Shown in pieces: positions 26,474-36,971 of a DNA stretch of 64,000 nucleotides. This DNA comes from Leptospiraceae bacterium (GTDB taxonomy: Bacteria; Spirochaetota; Leptospiria; Leptospirales; Leptonemataceae). The number at the start of each line of letters is the position of its first letter. Positions within the stretch are counted from its first letter, which is position 1. The stretch covers positions 480,001 to 544,000 of the forward strand of contig JAVJNR010000004.1 of assembly GCA_040217195.1 (NCBI GenBank), in the 5' to 3' direction. The translations under genes were made by a program, and so were the position numbers. Under the pieces are notes generated by a model that saw only the letters and a program-made list of their open reading frames with translations, ran no database searches and was not told the DNA's origin.

Positions 26474-28756
26474 TCAAGGAGTAAAGAAATGGTCGGCTCG
26501 TCCAGGAGTTTCTCCGCCATCATCCATTCTTTCCGGGGAATCCGGAAGATGGGTTTCATCGTGGGGATTCAAAAAGGGTACCGGTGTGTCCGAATCCTCG
26601 GGAACTATTTCTGGTTTTTCCAGTTCCGGCGCATCAGGAAATTGAGCCGTTATTCCTCGATAGGCGGAATTGGCAAATTCAGCCCAGATGGCCCCTGCAG
26701 AGGAAGACCCGCCTCCCTGAAAGGGAACTCCATCGTCATGGCCTACCCAGACCACAGTGACTTCACCGGGAACCATACCCACAAACCAGGCATCCCGGGA
26801 GCCAGGCATTCCTGGATACTTTCGTCTGGTGGACGGAGGGGTTTGAACGGTGCCGGATTTTCCGGCTATAGGAAATGGCAGAAAGTTCTTATCTTTTTTC
26901 TTTCGCTTACCCATCCAGCCTGCGGTTCCGTCTTCAACCTCATCGACCACGGCCTGCATAAGCCATATAGCCGAAGCCGCAGATTCAGAGCTTAGAACGG
27001 ATACCTTTTCCGTTTCTTTGATCACCTCCCATTGAACTGTGCCCTGAGCATCTTCGATTCTGGTGATTAGCCTGGGGCGAATCATGTTTCCCTCATTGAG
27101 AATCATGCCATAAAGTCGAAGCAATTCCATGGGCGTCAGTTCGCCTGTGCCCAGAGCAAGAGAGAGGCCGCCTTCAAAACGGTCCGATGCATCATGATAG
27201 CTTAATTCCAGTGCCTGAGTCAATCGATCTCGAAAGTAGCTTACACCCATCTCATGCAAAGTGGACACGGCCACAGTATTAACAGATAGAGCAACAGCCC
27301 GGCGAAGTGGCATTTCACCCTTGTAATGACCGTACCAGTTGCCCGGTGAATAACCATCATAGTCCAGGCGTCGATCCACGACCTGAGAATCGGGCTTTAG
27401 AATCTCCTTATCCAGAGCCACTGCATACAAAAAACCTTTCAGTGCTGAACCTGGCTGGCGACGCATATCATAGATTCTTTTTGCCTGAGTCCAACCTTCT
27501 TTTACAGCATAGCCCCCTACCATAGAGGTGATTTCGCCGCCGGGAACGGACATGGATATGGTTACTCCATTTATTCCATTGGCCAGCCTGGTTTCCAGAC
27601 CGGCCTTTCGCGCGCTATTCTCAACCTGCTCTCGTATGCCATCCACGGTACTGCGAACCGCCTTCAGCGCCTGCCGTTGTTTCTCTATATCGATTGTAGT
27701 GTATATCTTCAAACCGCCCTGACTGATAATCTCCTCGGGAACGGTTTCATAGAGAAAAGACTTGGCCGCTTCGTTGGCTGCCGGAGCATCGTTTCTGCGA
27801 AAATCCCGGGAGGCTCCGTAAGCACCGATCAGTCCAGAATGGGGATTTTCCTCTTCCAGAGAAAGTTCATATCTCCGGGAGAAGGCCTTCATAGCATCTT
27901 CTCTTTCCTCTGCTGTAATCTCTCCCTGCTCCTGCATTGCATCCAGCACCAGATTTTGCTTTTTCGTGGATAGTACGATGTCATTCAAAGGGCTGTATCG
28001 CACCGGACTGGGAAAAAGACCAACGATCATGGCCGCTTCCGCCGCATCCAATTTCTGGGGTGGCTTACGGAAATAAAACCAGGAGGCCTCTTCCGCTCCC
28101 ACACGACCTTCTCCCATGTAGATACGATTCAAATACAGGCAGAGGATTTCCTCTTTGTTCATCATAGATTCGATCTGAAAAGCTGCAAATGTTTCGTAGA
28201 TCTTTCTATAGAGTGTGGGACTGTGATCGGTAAACAGATTCCTTGCCAGCTGCTGGGTTATGGAACCGCCTCCTTCACGAACGCTGAATGCCAGAATATT
28301 GTTAATCATGGCTCTGGCAATTCCCCGCAAGGATATACCGGAATGATCGTAAAACTCCCGATCTTCTGCGCTTACCACGGCCTTTTTGAGCCAGCCCAGA
28401 TCTGCTTTACAGGATTCCAGGGAAATGCGAGAGCCCCTTACTGGAACAAATTCTCCGATCACTTCTCCATTTCGAGCCAGAATCAGGATGGCCGGCCGGG
28501 GTTTTTCCTGCCCCACTCCCTGCAGCCATTGCTTCTCTCTATCCAGAGCCTGCACCAGACCATCCCGATCGCCCAGGAAATCCACAGCTACGGCGGAAAC
28601 CAGAACCGTAACCAGGGCAACCACCGCAATGCTACCCCACAGAAGAATGGCCTTGAATGGTATTTTGCGCAGCACAGAGGGGGTTCGTTCTTTGATGAGA
28701 AGTAAATAGTTCATAGTTTCCTGATCCAGGTTTTCGCTTGAGTTTCTGACTGGCAA
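26474..28756 (-). CDS. Class A penicillin-binding protein (transglycosylase/transpeptidase, PBP1A-like)
   Basis: EDREFYDH, GGSITQQLARN, YLNRIY; SALK (SxxK), SVN, KSGT. Start may be 28714. Confidence 0.92.
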   Translation of the reverse strand: MPVRNSSENLDQETMNYLLLIKERTPSVLRKIPFKAILLWGSIAVVALVTVLVSAVAVDFLGDRDGLVQALDREKQWLQGVGQEKPRPAILILARNGEVIGEFVPVRGSRISLESCKADLGWLKKAVVSAEDREFYDHSGISLRGIARAMINNILAFSVREGGGSITQQLARNLFTDHSPTLYRKIYETFAAFQIESMMNKEEILCLYLNRIYMGEGRVGAEEASWFYFRKPPQKLDAAEAAMIVGLFPSPVRYSPLNDIVLSTKKQNLVLDAMQEQGEITAEEREDAMKAFSRRYELSLEEENPHSGLIGAYGASRDFRRNDAPAANEAAKSFLYETVPEEIISQGGLKIYTTIDIEKQRQALKAVRSTVDGIREQVENSARKAGLETRLANGINGVTISMSVPGGEITSMVGGYAVKEGWTQAKRIYDMRRQPGSALKGFLYAVALDKEILKPDSQVVDRRLDYDGYSPGNWYGHYKGEMPLRRAVALSVNTVAVSTLHEMGVSYFRDRLTQALELSYHDASDRFEGGLSLALGTGELTPMELLRLYGMILNEGNMIRPRLITRIEDAQGTVQWEVIKETEKVSVLSSESAASAIWLMQAVVDEVEDGTAGWMGKRKKKDKNFLPFPIAGKSGTVQTPPSTRRKYPGMPGSRDAWFVGMVPGEVTVVWVGHDDGVPFQGGGSSSAGAIWAEFANSAYRGITAQFPDAPELEKPEIVPEDSDTPVPFLNPHDETHLPDSPERMDDGGETPGRADHFFTP

Positions 28757-28771
28757 GCAGTCCCTGAGCTC

Positions 28772-29614
28772 ATGCAGGATCCCAGGTCAGCCCATCCTAC
28801 TTTGACGGAAAAGGAGCTGGATGTGATCGAGATATTGAAACTGTCTTTTTCGACTCTGAAGAAATCCTGGGCAATCAGTCTTGGAGTTCCGGCAGTGATC
28901 TCCATTCTATATATTCTGTTTAGCTATTTCCAGATGCTTGAAATCCTGGAAAATCTGGGAAGCCAGCCCGCCAATCCGGAGGATCCCTTTCCCGGACTGG
29001 ATAAAATCTTTCGGCCATTTGATTTAACTGTCTGGCTCAGTTCTCTGGTGATGCTATTTCTGCTGTATCTGAGTATGATTTTTCCCATGCGAGCTGCAGT
29101 GCGTACACTTGAATTGCGCCCTCTAAGCTCCAGCAGCCTTGGCCGCCATGCATTTATTCTATTTATAGCCACCGTGTTGCTATCTGCTGGCTCTTTAATT
29201 GGTCTAGTATTCTGTATTCTACCCGGGATGGCATTTCTTGTGGCTTTTCTTTTTGTACCGGCTGCGATTATTGTGGAGGAATCCGGTGTAGGTCGGGCTT
29301 TCTCCCTGGCATACAGAACTTTTTCCGTGCGAAAATCCAAAGTTCTGGCTCTGGCTCTGCTTTTGATGCTCATTTCCGGTGGCTTCTACTTTATTACAAT
29401 CATTCCTGCGCTCATCTACTACATCTATGGCCTGCTAACTGTCATAGTGAATGGTTCTCCAGATATGCTGCCCGAATTCCTAAGAAATTACGTTCTATTA
29501 ACTCATCTTGGCCTGGTTCTGGCATTACCTCCAAGTGCTGGCCTGGTAGGGCATGCGTTGATCATCGCCTACGCGAACTTCAAGAATTTCGTTCCAGCCG
29601 GTCCCGAATTCTAG
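28772..29614 (+). CDS. Integral membrane protein (YciC/DUF7544-like)
   Basis: About 6 hydrophobic segments, GLVFCILPG...PAAIIVEE pattern. Confidence 0.6.
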   Translation: MQDPRSAHPTLTEKELDVIEILKLSFSTLKKSWAISLGVPAVISILYILFSYFQMLEILENLGSQPANPEDPFPGLDKIFRPFDLTVWLSSLVMLFLLYLSMIFPMRAAVRTLELRPLSSSSLGRHAFILFIATVLLSAGSLIGLVFCILPGMAFLVAFLFVPAAIIVEESGVGRAFSLAYRTFSVRKSKVLALALLLMLISGGFYFITIIPALIYYIYGLLTVIVNGSPDMLPEFLRNYVLLTHLGLVLALPPSAGLVGHALIIAYANFKNFVPAGPEF

Positions 29615-29705
29615 GCATTGCTGTACAATCCGATCGCTTTTTTTGATTTTGGTTTATTGTTAATCAATTCCAGGATATCGAATTAGAGAGAAACCTATCT
29701 TCCTG

Positions 29706-30929
29706 ATGAGCCGATTCAGATCAGACCTATTAAGATTACTATCCATGACCATGGTTCTGGCAATCCATGCCACCGGTACATACGAATATAGCTTTATTGC
29801 ATCCCATGATTTTCTTTCTCAGGATTTCCTTGCGGTATTCTTAAATCAGCTGGCACGATTTAGTGTTCCAGTGTTCGTAACCCTGTCCGGCTTTGGTCTT
29901 ACTATGAAGTACGGTCTATTAACTACAAAGAACGGAAAATCCCTGGATCAGATTACCGTCCCCTGGAGTTTTTACGGAGAACGGCTGTACAAGATTGGAC
30001 TTCCTTTTCTGTTCTGGAGCGTACTTTATCTGGCAATTCAGGGATACTTCAAGGGACCCTACAATTGGCAATGGATTATGGACCTGCTTCCCTTTCTGTA
30101 TCGCAAAGGAGCCGATTATCATTTTTATTTCTTTCATATCATATTTGAATGCTACCTGCTTTTTCCCTTGCTGGCCTGGGCCTTCGCCCGATTAAAAAAA
30201 CTTCGCCTGCCTGTTCTACTTCTGTCCTTACTTTTGCAGCTATATGTTAGCTCACCAGCGCATATCTGGTTCGATGACTTCCCCAGAGTTCCATTTGTAT
30301 TTTCAGCTTTCTTCCTCTACTGGCAGTTTCCCTTTATTCTGGGAATTTACTTTGCCTTCCGGAACCTGGAGTCTTCCAGTCCTCAGGAGAAATCGAACAA
30401 AAATGCCGATGGGAATCCGGTAAAGCGCGCTTCGGAAGGGAAATCTGCAACGCTTCTACGAAAGGAAAGTAACCTTGATGGGCCAGTCCTATCTCGCAAA
30501 TCGATTCTCTCATTAACTCTATTATTCTGCCTGGTAACTTTTACCGTGGTGATGATTGAATATATTTTCTGGAGCTACAACAGCCGGAGCCCGGGCGACT
30601 TCAACCATTTCACCCGAATGAGCGTAGTGTTCTATTCCGGGGCTTTCTTTTTGATGTTCTATTTCTGGCCGTCATCTAATGAGAAAACCGAAAAGAAATT
30701 TTATTCAGGATGGGAACGGAATGTATCCTATCTGGCCGGTCTGTCATTCTTCGTATACATCGTACATACCTGGATATTACGAGGCCTGGAACTGATCTTG
30801 CCGCAATGGTTGCTTCCGATTCTACTATTATTGATATCCATCTCTTTTCTCCTGGCTACCTTATTGGACAGAATAGTCAGACCGACTCACCTGCGAACCA
30901 TGCTTGGCCTGGAAAAAAGAAAGGGATAG
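29706..30929 (+). CDS. Acyltransferase_3 family membrane O-acyltransferase
   Basis: DLLR...VLAIH, RFSVPVFVTLSGFGL, YHFYF, SFFVYIVH. Confidence 0.88.
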   Translation: MSRFRSDLLRLLSMTMVLAIHATGTYEYSFIASHDFLSQDFLAVFLNQLARFSVPVFVTLSGFGLTMKYGLLTTKNGKSLDQITVPWSFYGERLYKIGLPFLFWSVLYLAIQGYFKGPYNWQWIMDLLPFLYRKGADYHFYFFHIIFECYLLFPLLAWAFARLKKLRLPVLLLSLLLQLYVSSPAHIWFDDFPRVPFVFSAFFLYWQFPFILGIYFAFRNLESSSPQEKSNKNADGNPVKRASEGKSATLLRKESNLDGPVLSRKSILSLTLLFCLVTFTVVMIEYIFWSYNSRSPGDFNHFTRMSVVFYSGAFFLMFYFWPSSNEKTEKKFYSGWERNVSYLAGLSFFVYIVHTWILRGLELILPQWLLPILLLLISISFLLATLLDRIVRPTHLRTMLGLEKRKG

Positions 30930-31047
30930 AAATCGGTCCCCTACGATTGCCCGGGAGCTCTCTGGAGGCTGGCTATTTCAGCGAGCCGAGTTATCTGCAT
31001 CCGAATCGGTTGTAGATTCTTCCGATAATTAGGTTAAGCAGAATGGT

Positions 31048-32883
31048 TCAGCTCAGGTAGAATGCATTAATCGCGGAGCAGATTCCAATCTGCAACAGTA
31101 AGGACGGAAGTATGCTTTCACTTCTTTCTCGCACTATTCCGGCCCCGATTCCGAAAATGAATGCCCCCACTCCCTGAAAGACCGAAGCCCAGAGGCCCAG
31201 ACTCTGTTCCATTACAGTAATCAATGCAAGTGGACTGATGGCCAGCATGGCAGCATAAGCGAAGCCGGAAACTAAAACCGGTACAGACAGAAACCATCGA
31301 CCACCGGGCTCCATGATCTCATGGTGCTCCTGTAGCCATCCATGGACGTTCACCCGAAACAGGATTTCCATGGCTGCGGGCAGAAATAGCCCCAGCATTA
31401 ACATGTGGTACAGATCCGGAAAAGGCTCCTCAATTGCCCATACACCTCCGACCAGAGCAGCCAGAACCAGAATTGGAATCAGCAAGAGCCAGTCCCAGCC
31501 CGCAGGCCATCGAAAACCATAAAGGAACGGCTTCTGTCTGCACTGCCAGAAGACAATGAGCAAAATCAATACAGAAAGCACAGGAGCGAATAGTTCACCT
31601 GCCAGCCTGGAGGCCGCTTCCGGTAAATTTGCACCGAACAAAGAAAGGATTTCTCGACCTAGAAATGCAATCAGAGCTCCAATGAACGGAAATAGGCTAC
31701 CGGTAAAAATCCGTCCCAGGCGCTCCGCGGCCGGATCTCTCTTGAATGCATGCTTGCAGATTCGAACAATCTCCGATGGTCTCAGGCCAGTTCCGGTCAT
31801 TCGAGGAGAGCCTCCAATTTCCTGCGAGCCACCCCAGCGGTTTTCCTGGTTTCTACCGGACACTCTGGGATCTTCATGGTTGAGAAATCGATAGACTCTT
31901 TCCATTTCTAGAGGGAAGAAAAGATCCGATTTGCGAATGGTATAAACTCCATCACTCTTCTGTAGTAAAAGAACGGCAGGACGAGTACCATAAACTCGAT
32001 TCAAGTATTCTTCCATTTCGTATATGCCCATGTCTGTGCGATATACGATTACACTGTTATTCTGATCCAGCTCGGCTCTGGCCAATTCTTCCAGACCCTT
32101 GAAGTCTTTAAAATCTTCCGGGCGAAAGAACATTTCATCAATTCGATTCAGCAGCTTTCGAGTATAGGTGGAAAAATCAATCTCATCCCATCGACCATTG
32201 GACTTGATTCTACGCTCATCTTCACGCAGAAAATCGATTTTGCTCATTACATCTTTGTGCAATGCCCGGGGAAGACCGGCCACGTCCTGATATTCCAGAC
32301 CCAGGCCATCGATAATACCTTCCACTCTAATGAGAGGAACAATGGCACGATAAACCGGTGCATCTCCTTTTCGCAAATGCATATGATTTAGCAGTATCCA
32401 TATAGCCAGTACTGTATCCAGGTCCGGATCATTCGCCCAGATAGTCCATTTCTTGTCTGCCAGGTTTAGACCTTTTCGCACAAGCACCAGTGCCTGTTCG
32501 CATGTAGCAAGTGTAAATGATCGCTCCACTCCATCATGATGATCCAGGTTATACACCTGCCTTTCATGATCCATGAACGGTTCGCTTTGAGCGGCGCCAT
32601 CCAGGTAGATGGTGCGCTCCCGGGCCTTTCGCGCTGTAGCACCGGATACGCTCTTTCCGCGCACGATTCTAACGCTGATATTGGGAGCTTCAAGACAGGA
32701 AAGTACCTTACCTTCCTCCAGTTCTTTCACCGAGTAACGGTCTGGTAGCTTACTCAATTCAGAAGAAAACTCTTCAGATTCACCGATATCCTTGTTCCCG
32801 GAGGAATTGGAGAAACCGGCAAGCTTTTTTAATAGCTCCAGCATTGCAGCCCCCATTGAATGAGGCACCGTCTGCTGATGCAA
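31048..32883 (-). CDS. DHH-like phosphoesterase-type domain fused to a degenerate CPBP (Abi/CAAX) membrane domain
   Basis: N-terminal LDHHDG, NDPDLDT, WGGSQEIGGSPR; C-terminal TM region with MEILFR and RERSESILPSLLLQ. Confidence 0.65.
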   Translation of the reverse strand: MHQQTVPHSMGAAMLELLKKLAGFSNSSGNKDIGESEEFSSELSKLPDRYSVKELEEGKVLSCLEAPNISVRIVRGKSVSGATARKARERTIYLDGAAQSEPFMDHERQVYNLDHHDGVERSFTLATCEQALVLVRKGLNLADKKWTIWANDPDLDTVLAIWILLNHMHLRKGDAPVYRAIVPLIRVEGIIDGLGLEYQDVAGLPRALHKDVMSKIDFLREDERRIKSNGRWDEIDFSTYTRKLLNRIDEMFFRPEDFKDFKGLEELARAELDQNNSVIVYRTDMGIYEMEEYLNRVYGTRPAVLLLQKSDGVYTIRKSDLFFPLEMERVYRFLNHEDPRVSGRNQENRWGGSQEIGGSPRMTGTGLRPSEIVRICKHAFKRDPAAERLGRIFTGSLFPFIGALIAFLGREILSLFGANLPEAASRLAGELFAPVLSVLILLIVFWQCRQKPFLYGFRWPAGWDWLLLIPILVLAALVGGVWAIEEPFPDLYHMLMLGLFLPAAMEILFRVNVHGWLQEHHEIMEPGGRWFLSVPVLVSGFAYAAMLAISPLALITVMEQSLGLWASVFQGVGAFIFGIGAGIVRERSESILPSLLLQIGICSAINAFYLS

Positions 32884-32930
32884 TTGTCTTTTGAAGAATT
32901 TCGGTCTGCCTCATGGGCCTGGATTCAGCC

Positions 32931-34028
32931 TTACAGATGCAGATCCAGAAATTGTCCTGGCTTCCAGTGTATAACTTCTAGATTCTCCGGGGCCATTCCC
33001 CGGGCCACAAGGTGCTTTAGGTATAGCGAGCTTTCTCGTGGTAGATCATCGCCCAGTTCGAATGTGCCCCAGTGAACTGGTACCATTCGCGTAGCCTGAA
33101 GATCTGCGCTGGCCTGGAGAGCTTCCAGCGCATCAATGTGGGCCGCCTTCATGAACCAGCGTGGCTTAAATGCACCAACTGGCATGATTGCCAGATCCAG
33201 ACTTTCCGGCCTGCTTCGCCTGATGTCTTTAAAGTGAGGCGAATAGGCTGTATCACCGGCAAAGAATATGTTTCGTTTTCCTACCTTGATCCAGTAGCCG
33301 CCCCAGTGGTATTGCATTGTATCGTTAATGCCCATGCGACTCCAATGCTGGGCCGGCATATACTGAATATTGAATGGGCCTATTTGATTGGTATCCCACC
33401 ATTCCTGGATAACCGAATTGAGTCCCTCTTCCGAGGCCCATAACCTCATTCCAGAAGGCAGAAAGACCAGGGTATCATCATTTTTCCTGGCCAATGATAC
33501 CAGAGTTGGTAGATCCAGATGATCTCGGTGAGCATGGCTGACCAGGGCTGCATCCACTGCAGGAATTTTATCTACAGCCAGTGGTAGCTCGGTCATCCTG
33601 GGACGGGTCAATACATCGCCAAAGACAGGATCAAGGATTAGATGATAGGTCCGATGATCAACTGTAGCTGCAATCCAGGTAGTTGCATGCCCGAGCCAGA
33701 TAATTCGAACAATACCATTGGGCGGATAAAAATCATCCCGTTTGAGAAAACTAACTTCTGGGGGTCCGGAGGGAATGGAATCCACTGAGGGCGGCTCCAA
33801 CTCACCGAACCATTTCCAGTACAGTACCGTGGAAAGCCCCTTGGACAATATATCTGAATCATCATAAAGATTTTGATAACGACCATCTCTGTAGTTCGGG
33901 GAGCTCTGGCGTTCCGGATCCAGGGTATAACAGGCAAAAAGCGGAAAACCAAGCAGTACTGTGCAGAGCATAAAAAGCGGAAATACCCGGCAGTTCCCGG
34001 GAAGTCTGTTTTTTCCGGTCTTTTGCAT
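32931..34028 (-). CDS. MBL-fold metallohydrolase (RomA/NAPE-PLD-like)
   Basis: WLGHAT, SHAHRDHLD, PAQHWS, FAGDTAY, PVHWGTF. Confidence 0.9.
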   Translation of the reverse strand: MQKTGKNRLPGNCRVFPLFMLCTVLLGFPLFACYTLDPERQSSPNYRDGRYQNLYDDSDILSKGLSTVLYWKWFGELEPPSVDSIPSGPPEVSFLKRDDFYPPNGIVRIIWLGHATTWIAATVDHRTYHLILDPVFGDVLTRPRMTELPLAVDKIPAVDAALVSHAHRDHLDLPTLVSLARKNDDTLVFLPSGMRLWASEEGLNSVIQEWWDTNQIGPFNIQYMPAQHWSRMGINDTMQYHWGGYWIKVGKRNIFFAGDTAYSPHFKDIRRSRPESLDLAIMPVGAFKPRWFMKAAHIDALEALQASADLQATRMVPVHWGTFELGDDLPRESSLYLKHLVARGMAPENLEVIHWKPGQFLDLHL

Positions 34029-34153
34029 GAGCTAAAAGAAACGAACCTCCAGATGCTTTCGTCGGTCAAAATAAAAGGAGAGACCCAAAAAATTCATTTA
34101 CAATCATAGTGTGCTTAGGCGATACTTTTCGCACTAATGGTTTGGAGGATCAA

Positions 34154-34588
34154 ATGCTAAAGAGACAATCCAGCTTGCTGAGAGTTGTTTGTGCGCTCTT
34201 CTTTTTCGCAGCGACAACCGGAGTGATGGCTTCACCCGTAGGGACTTGGAAGACCATCGATGACGAAACCGGAAAAGCCAAGAGTTATGTTCAAGTGTAT
34301 GAGTATCAGGGGAAATACTATGGAAAGGTTGTAAAATTGATCAACCCTTCTGAGCCTAACCCGAAATGCGATAAGTGTACTGGAGCTTATAAGGACAAGC
34401 CCATTGTTGGTATGACCATCATGTGGGGACTATCGAAAGAGGGTAATGAATACTCAGGAGGACAGATCCTGGATCCAGCAAAAGGCAAAGTTTACAATTG
34501 CAAAATCTGGGTTGAAGGGAGTGCTCTAAAGGTTCGTGGATATATCGGACCATTCTTTCGCACTCAAACCTGGTATAAAGTTAACTAA
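34154..34588 (+). CDS. DUF2147 family exported protein
   Basis: GGAGG Shine-Dalgarno, signal peptide, GTWKTIDDETGKAKS, CDKC, GGQILDP, VRGYIG, RTQTW. Confidence 0.9.
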   Translation: MLKRQSSLLRVVCALFFFAATTGVMASPVGTWKTIDDETGKAKSYVQVYEYQGKYYGKVVKLINPSEPNPKCDKCTGAYKDKPIVGMTIMWGLSKEGNEYSGGQILDPAKGKVYNCKIWVEGSALKVRGYIGPFFRTQTWYKVN

Positions 34589-34600
34589 AAACTCTCCAGG

Positions 34601-34630
34601 AAGGCAGGGCTTCGGTCCTGCCTTTTTCTT
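34601..34630 (+). terminator. Rho-independent terminator
   Basis: AAGGCAGGGC-TTCG-GTCCTGCCTT followed by TTTCTT. Confidence 0.85.
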
Positions 34631-34633
34631 TCC

Positions 34634-35023
34634 TTGAAATCCCACCGTTCCACTCAATCTACTTCGCCTTACTACCTGTACATTATTCGGACCACTTCGA
34701 ACACTCTTTACACCGGAATTACAACTGATCTGCAACGCAGATGGAATGAACACTGCGGATTAAAAACCGGAAGCAAATACCTGAAAGCTATCAAGCCTGC
34801 AGAACTAGTTGCTGCCTGGGAGATTAGTTCCAATGGAGCCCAGAACCTTTCCCTTCGATCTGTAGCCAGCAAATTGGAGCATAAACTAAAGGGGCTCAAT
34901 CGCAACGATAAACTGTTGCTAATCCGCCGGCCTTCCAGCATCAAAAGGTTTGACGAATGCCAGAACTGTGAATGTAAATCTATACATGCAGCCAGGCGAC
35001 GGGCCATCCAGACCATCCGATAA
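34634..35023 (+). CDS. GIY-YIG nuclease (UPF0213/YhbQ-like)
   Basis: YLYIIR...LYTGITTDLQRRWNEH...GSKY...LEHKLK. Confidence 0.85.
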   Translation: MKSHRSTQSTSPYYLYIIRTTSNTLYTGITTDLQRRWNEHCGLKTGSKYLKAIKPAELVAAWEISSNGAQNLSLRSVASKLEHKLKGLNRNDKLLLIRRPSSIKRFDECQNCECKSIHAARRRAIQTIR

Positions 35024-35804
35024 CTCTTCTTCTGTTTTTGATCTTCCGGACATTGCACTGAGCGAAGTCGATTTTCTAGAATATCTGTTTCGTAGAGCCA
35101 GAGAACTGGACGCACTGGAACCTATTTTTCCAGGCATGGTATTCTATAATGTTCCGGCCTATTTAATGAAAAATCTATGGCCTGAAAAATTGGAGCAATG
35201 GAAAAAAGATCCGGAATTAATGGGCTTTGCTGCCAACGAATCAGGCTGGAAAGGCAAACTGGATAACCTGCAATCCAGGTTTAATACATTCAATCGAAAG
35301 GTCACCCTGCATAAGAACTTTGTGATGCATGGAAGGTACAGCATCGCACTTTGTGCGGCGATAGATGAGCAAGAGTTAAACACATCTGAAGTAGCCCTTT
35401 GCTGGATTTCACTGCAAGATCCGGAGATTGAGCTAATAAAAAGGGACGACCCGGCAAGCACCTTTGCCTATGCGAACCAGACTTTCAGCCACTACCGCAT
35501 GGAAGGGCAAATCAACTTGAAAAAGGACGATTTCAAACTAATCCCTGCATCCAGTTACAGACGATTTGGACCAGTTTTCATGATGCGAGAAGTGACCGGT
35601 CTGGGAGCCATTGCCCTGGGCCTACTTGCAGCCAATGGAATTCAACTGGAAGCCCGGCAGTATATTCAGCAGGCGGGCACCAATCGCCAGAATGGTCGAC
35701 CCAGAAAGGAGGATTTGCTTCTGGCTCGACAATACATTTCCCGCCTCTGCCAGGAAGTTTCCAGCAGACATGCACTCTGGGATCGAATGAATTCCCTGCC
35801 CTGA
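34986..35804 (+). CDS. Hypothetical protein, weak resemblance to acyl-CoA dehydrogenase N/middle domains
   Basis: Long ORF filling the gap to a convergent gene. GFAANESG...L...HKNFV recalls ACAD ALTEP...G.K.FI. Confidence 0.5.
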   Translation: MQPGDGPSRPSDNSSSVFDLPDIALSEVDFLEYLFRRARELDALEPIFPGMVFYNVPAYLMKNLWPEKLEQWKKDPELMGFAANESGWKGKLDNLQSRFNTFNRKVTLHKNFVMHGRYSIALCAAIDEQELNTSEVALCWISLQDPEIELIKRDDPASTFAYANQTFSHYRMEGQINLKKDDFKLIPASSYRRFGPVFMMREVTGLGAIALGLLAANGIQLEARQYIQQAGTNRQNGRPRKEDLLLARQYISRLCQEVSSRHALWDRMNSLP

Positions 35805-35805
35805 A

Positions 35806-36462
35806 TTATTTGCGAGAGGCGCGAGCAATCTCAGAGATTGCATCGGATTCTAGAATATGAGTTCCCGGTTCGGTTTGCATGGCCATGCAACGAGCCACAT
35901 CCCTGGCCTGAATGCCACGGTACTTTCGCACCGGCCCAATTAGAAAAGGATTCAATACCCCGGCGGCCAGGGCCCCCAGGGATTCACCGGCACGGCTTTC
36001 CTTTCTGGGGCCCAGCAGCAAGCTGGGACGATAGATATGTAATGAAGAAAGGCCCAGACTCTGCAGATCCATTTCTAGTTTGCCCTTCACTCGATTGTAA
36101 TAGATGGAACTTCTATCGTTTGAACCCAGGGCTGTAATTACATGAAACGGTAGATCCTTTTTAACACATTTCCGGGCCAGATTCATTGGATAATGATAAT
36201 CCACCTGCTCGAAAGCTTCCCGACTACCGGCCTTCTTCATTGTAGTACCAAGACAGCAATAGACCGGACCCTGAAAATCTGGATACGACTCCTCGTTTTG
36301 GAAATCTATTGTCTGATACTGAATCCTGGAATTTGCAGAGGAATGCTCTTTACCGGAATCCCGAATCAGAGCCAGTACCGAATTCACATCCGATCTCTGG
36401 GCCAGCTCATTTAATAGAAATCGACCCACCAGGCCGGTACTTCCCGCTACATATACTTTCAT
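35806..36462 (-). CDS. NAD(P)-binding atypical SDR (YraR/TIP30-like)
   Basis: AGSTGLVG, CCLGTTMKKAGS, YNRVKG, RPSLLLG. Confidence 0.9.
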   Translation of the reverse strand: MKVYVAGSTGLVGRFLLNELAQRSDVNSVLALIRDSGKEHSSANSRIQYQTIDFQNEESYPDFQGPVYCCLGTTMKKAGSREAFEQVDYHYPMNLARKCVKKDLPFHVITALGSNDRSSIYYNRVKGKLEMDLQSLGLSSLHIYRPSLLLGPRKESRAGESLGALAAGVLNPFLIGPVRKYRGIQARDVARCMAMQTEPGTHILESDAISEIARASRK

Positions 36463-36971
36463 TCATCCACCCTGCAAAGTCTCTGGATCAGTTCCCGGTG
36501 CTCGGGGAACTCAGATGCAAGAATATTCCTTTGTGCCAATTCGAAGTCTTCAAAATCAAAACCAGGGCTTACAGTACATCCTACCAGCGAATAGCCCAGA
36601 TCATTTGTTTCGGGGTCCGGTTCTGATGCAAACCAGGCTCCGGCTGGCACAACGGCCTGAAAAACACTCCTTCGCACATCGCTTCCCAGTCGATGACAAT
36701 GATAGCTTCCATCTGAAAGAATCTGATGAACCAGCAACGGATCGCCATAATAGAAATGCCACATTTCATCGCTTCTGATTCTATGGAATGCTGAGAATTC
36801 GCCGGCCGGAATTAGAAAATATATCCCAGTGCAGGATTGCCTGGGCCCATGGGCACCAATCAGAGAGCCTGGCACTTCCAGTTCGCTACGGTAGGTTTCT
36901 GCAAAATAGCCTCCCTCTGGATGAGGCTGCAGATTCAGGCTTTCTACAATTTCTTTAAGCTTTGCAGGCAT
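36459..36971 (-). CDS. Cupin_5 (DUF985) protein
   Basis: LQPHPEGGYFAET, FHRIRSDEMWHFY, LVGCTVSPGFDFEDF. Confidence 0.92.
   Translation of the reverse strand: MPAKLKEIVESLNLQPHPEGGYFAETYRSELEVPGSLIGAHGPRQSCTGIYFLIPAGEFSAFHRIRSDEMWHFYYGDPLLVHQILSDGSYHCHRLGSDVRRSVFQAVVPAGAWFASEPDPETNDLGYSLVGCTVSPGFDFEDFELAQRNILASEFPEHRELIQRLCRVDE

Noticed and set aside
34634..35023. GIY-YIG as a homing endonuclease or mobile element
   Set aside because: Short stand-alone UPF0213 type with no intron, terminal repeats or transposase nearby.
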